From: Octopus bimaculoides | Taxonomy: Eukaryota | Assembly (NCBI RefSeq): GCF_001194135.2 | Contig: NC_068983.1 | Span: 66,633,798 to 66,697,797, forward strand | Reading direction: 5' to 3' | DNA length: 64,000 nt | Part shown: one piece after another, positions 62,163 to 64,000 of the stretch | Numbering within the stretch: position 1 is the first letter of the stretch | How the letters are laid out: each line of letters begins with the position of its first letter | Position numbers and translations under genes: made by a program | Notes under the pieces: generated by a model | Seen by the model: only the letters and a program-made list of their open reading frames with translations | What the model was told of the DNA's origin: nothing | Database searches by the model: none

Positions 62163-63465
62163 CTATTTGTGATTCATTCTCTTCAAACATATTAAAGGAA
62201 ACCAGGAACTATTTAGTAAAATATAGAACTGTTTGTAGGAGCATTTTTGAGGATGAGGAGGGCCTTTGAGCATTTTTGAGGATGAGGAGGGCCTTGAAAG
62301 GAACATCATTCTCCAGAAGGTACTTTTCCACTGCTGATCCGAAGACAAGGTTGATTGACTTGGCGAAGAATTGCCTAGTGACCCAGGCTTTAACATTGGC
62401 CATCCACATGATCTGCAGTTTCTCCTTCAGGATTTTCTGCGACTTAAACAGTTGTGGGTTTTTGGCATGGTAAACAAAGAGTTGCTTAATCTTTAAGCCT
62501 CCACTGGCATTGGCACAAAGGGTGAGAGTTAGCCTATATTTCAAAGGCTTGTGGCCTGGCATTTTCTTCTTTTCTGCATTACGTAGGTTCTTCTGAGCAT
62601 TTTTTTCCAGAAAAGGCCAGCTTCATCACAGCTGAATATCTGCTGTGTGATGTACCCCTCGGCTGTGATGAGCTGATGGAATTCACACACGAAACCCTCA
62701 ACTCAGAACTTGCTTCTTCTCCATACCTGTGACACTATGAATACCAGTCCACTTCTTGAAATTATCAAACCAGCCACGACTGACTTTAAATATGTCTGCT
62801 GGTGTCTTCTCCATTGATGTTCCTGGGTTCTGCTTGAGGAGATCCGCATACAATGCTTGTGCTTTCTCACAGATGATGGTCTCCATAATTGTATCCCCTG
62901 TGAGTTGCTTCTTGTTGATCCACAGGAGAAGCAATTTTTCCATCTCTACATGGACAGATGCACATTTCCTAAAGAGCCTGGAGACAACCTTTGCTATTGT
63001 AACGGTCTTGATCTCGTTCTTTTTCTTCACGATGGTTGATGTTTTTCGGTCGTATTCATGTGCTATGTCCACTACACACACTCCTCTCTCATGTTTATTA
63101 ATGATTTCCTTCTTCATTTTTGTCATAACCAGCTTTTCTTCTTCACAGCACTGTCCTTTGCATTAACTTTCTTAGGACACATGTAGTTATTATAAAATAA
63201 TAGCAAAAACTGCACAAAACTAAGAGAAACCCTGGGAAAACACAACAGGGATGCTACTACAAGATAAACACGTGAACTGAGCAAACTGATGCTGCACTTA
63301 TTGGGAGAGCATGTGCAAGCTCAGCGCCAACTAGCGGTTACTTGTATGAAACTCACTTGTTCTGCGGATTTCCACTCATACTTCAAGACAAAACTTCGCA
63401 CAAGCTTTGGCTCATACAGCAAATTACTTGTACAATGGTACACTTGTACTGTGAGGTTCTGCTGT
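62163..63465 (-). mobile_element. Tigger/pogo (TIGD1-like) transposon remnant, 3' truncated
   Basis: CENP-B-type HTHs MKKEIINKHERG...EMEKLLLLWI...IICEKAQALYADL...FKVSRGWFDNFKK (63126-62698); DDE N-part MPGHKPLKYRLTLTLCANASG...KAWVTRQFF...YLLENDVPFKALLILKNA (62562-62209). Confidence 0.9.
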
Positions 63466-63729
63466 TTTAGAAATTCTTATTTTTCTAAGTTAAAATAAAA
63501 AATAATGATAATAAAATTGCATTTATTTTAAACAAATTATATGCTACTTCTATCATTTTTGTTCTCTCACTTTCTCTATCATTTTTTGATGAATATATTT
63601 ATCTCCACCCTTTTTTCTGATTCTCATTCACTCATGCCTTTACTTATCTCTCTTAACTTTCCTCTTTCTTTCTCTACGCAGCTCTCTCAGCAATTTGACT
63701 TCTCCCACTCACTCTCTGTCATGCCCTCT

Positions 63730-63765
<36 letters not shown>

Positions 63766-63768
<3 letters not shown>

Positions 63769-64000
63769 CTCTTACTCTTTACTCTTTTACTTGTTTCAGT
63801 CATTTGACTGTGGCCATGCTGGAGCACCGCCTTTAGTCAAGTAAATCGACCCCAGGACTTATTCTTTGTAAGCTTAGTACTTATTCTATCAGTCTCTTTG
63901 CTGAACTGCTAAGTTACAGGGACGTAAACACACCACCATCGGTTGTCAAGCAATGTTGGGGGGACAAACACAGACACACAAACATATACATACACATACA
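63766..64000 (-). mobile_element. SINE 3' part (same family), runs off window end
   Basis: ttactcttactctttactcttttacttgtttcagtcatttgactgtggccatgctggagcaccgcc..., matches 29793-29956. Confidence 0.9.

Noticed and set aside
1-64000. CRISPR arrays, rRNA or prokaryotic operons
   Set aside because: No regularly spaced repeat-spacer arrays or rRNA motifs; the sequence is intron-containing animal DNA.

Overview
AT-rich, microsatellite-rich animal genomic DNA with five assembly gaps (N runs at 1230-1784, 3003-3102, 10022-10055, 17975-18400, 29957-30246). The SINE/RTE repeat landscape is what I recognise from octopod cephalopods (inference). Only one host gene is supported: two + strand coding exons (49539-49720, 59216-59337; canonical AG/GT, matching phases) encoding the N-terminal EVH1/WH1 domain of a still life (sif, SIF type 1-like, TIAM-family Rac GEF) protein. 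Its first coding exon and downstream exons were not found. The rest is a transposon graveyard: Penelope-like (PLE) RT+GIY-YIG remnants, RTE and CR1-like LINE pieces, tRNA/CORE-type SINEs, Tc1 (DD36E spacing), rosa (DD41D), mariner, Tigger/pogo and Chapaev3-like DNA transposons. The most striking signals are RNA-structural. There are four degenerate minimal type I hammerhead ribozymes, arranged as two inverted pairs. One pair sits in a 1.1-kb PLE palindrome (7697-8815). The other is in a short element with a Pol III tRNA-like head fused to a hammerhead tail (44935-45470), a candidate ribozyme-bearing, PLE-mobilised SINE. In both pairs the copy on the host-gene sense strand has lost a catalytic guanosine (G12 or G8). 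Also notable are a foldback element with 280-bp TIRs wrapping telomere-like (CCCTAA) repeats and a ~360-bp nested palindrome. All alignments and folds were done by eye; none were computed.
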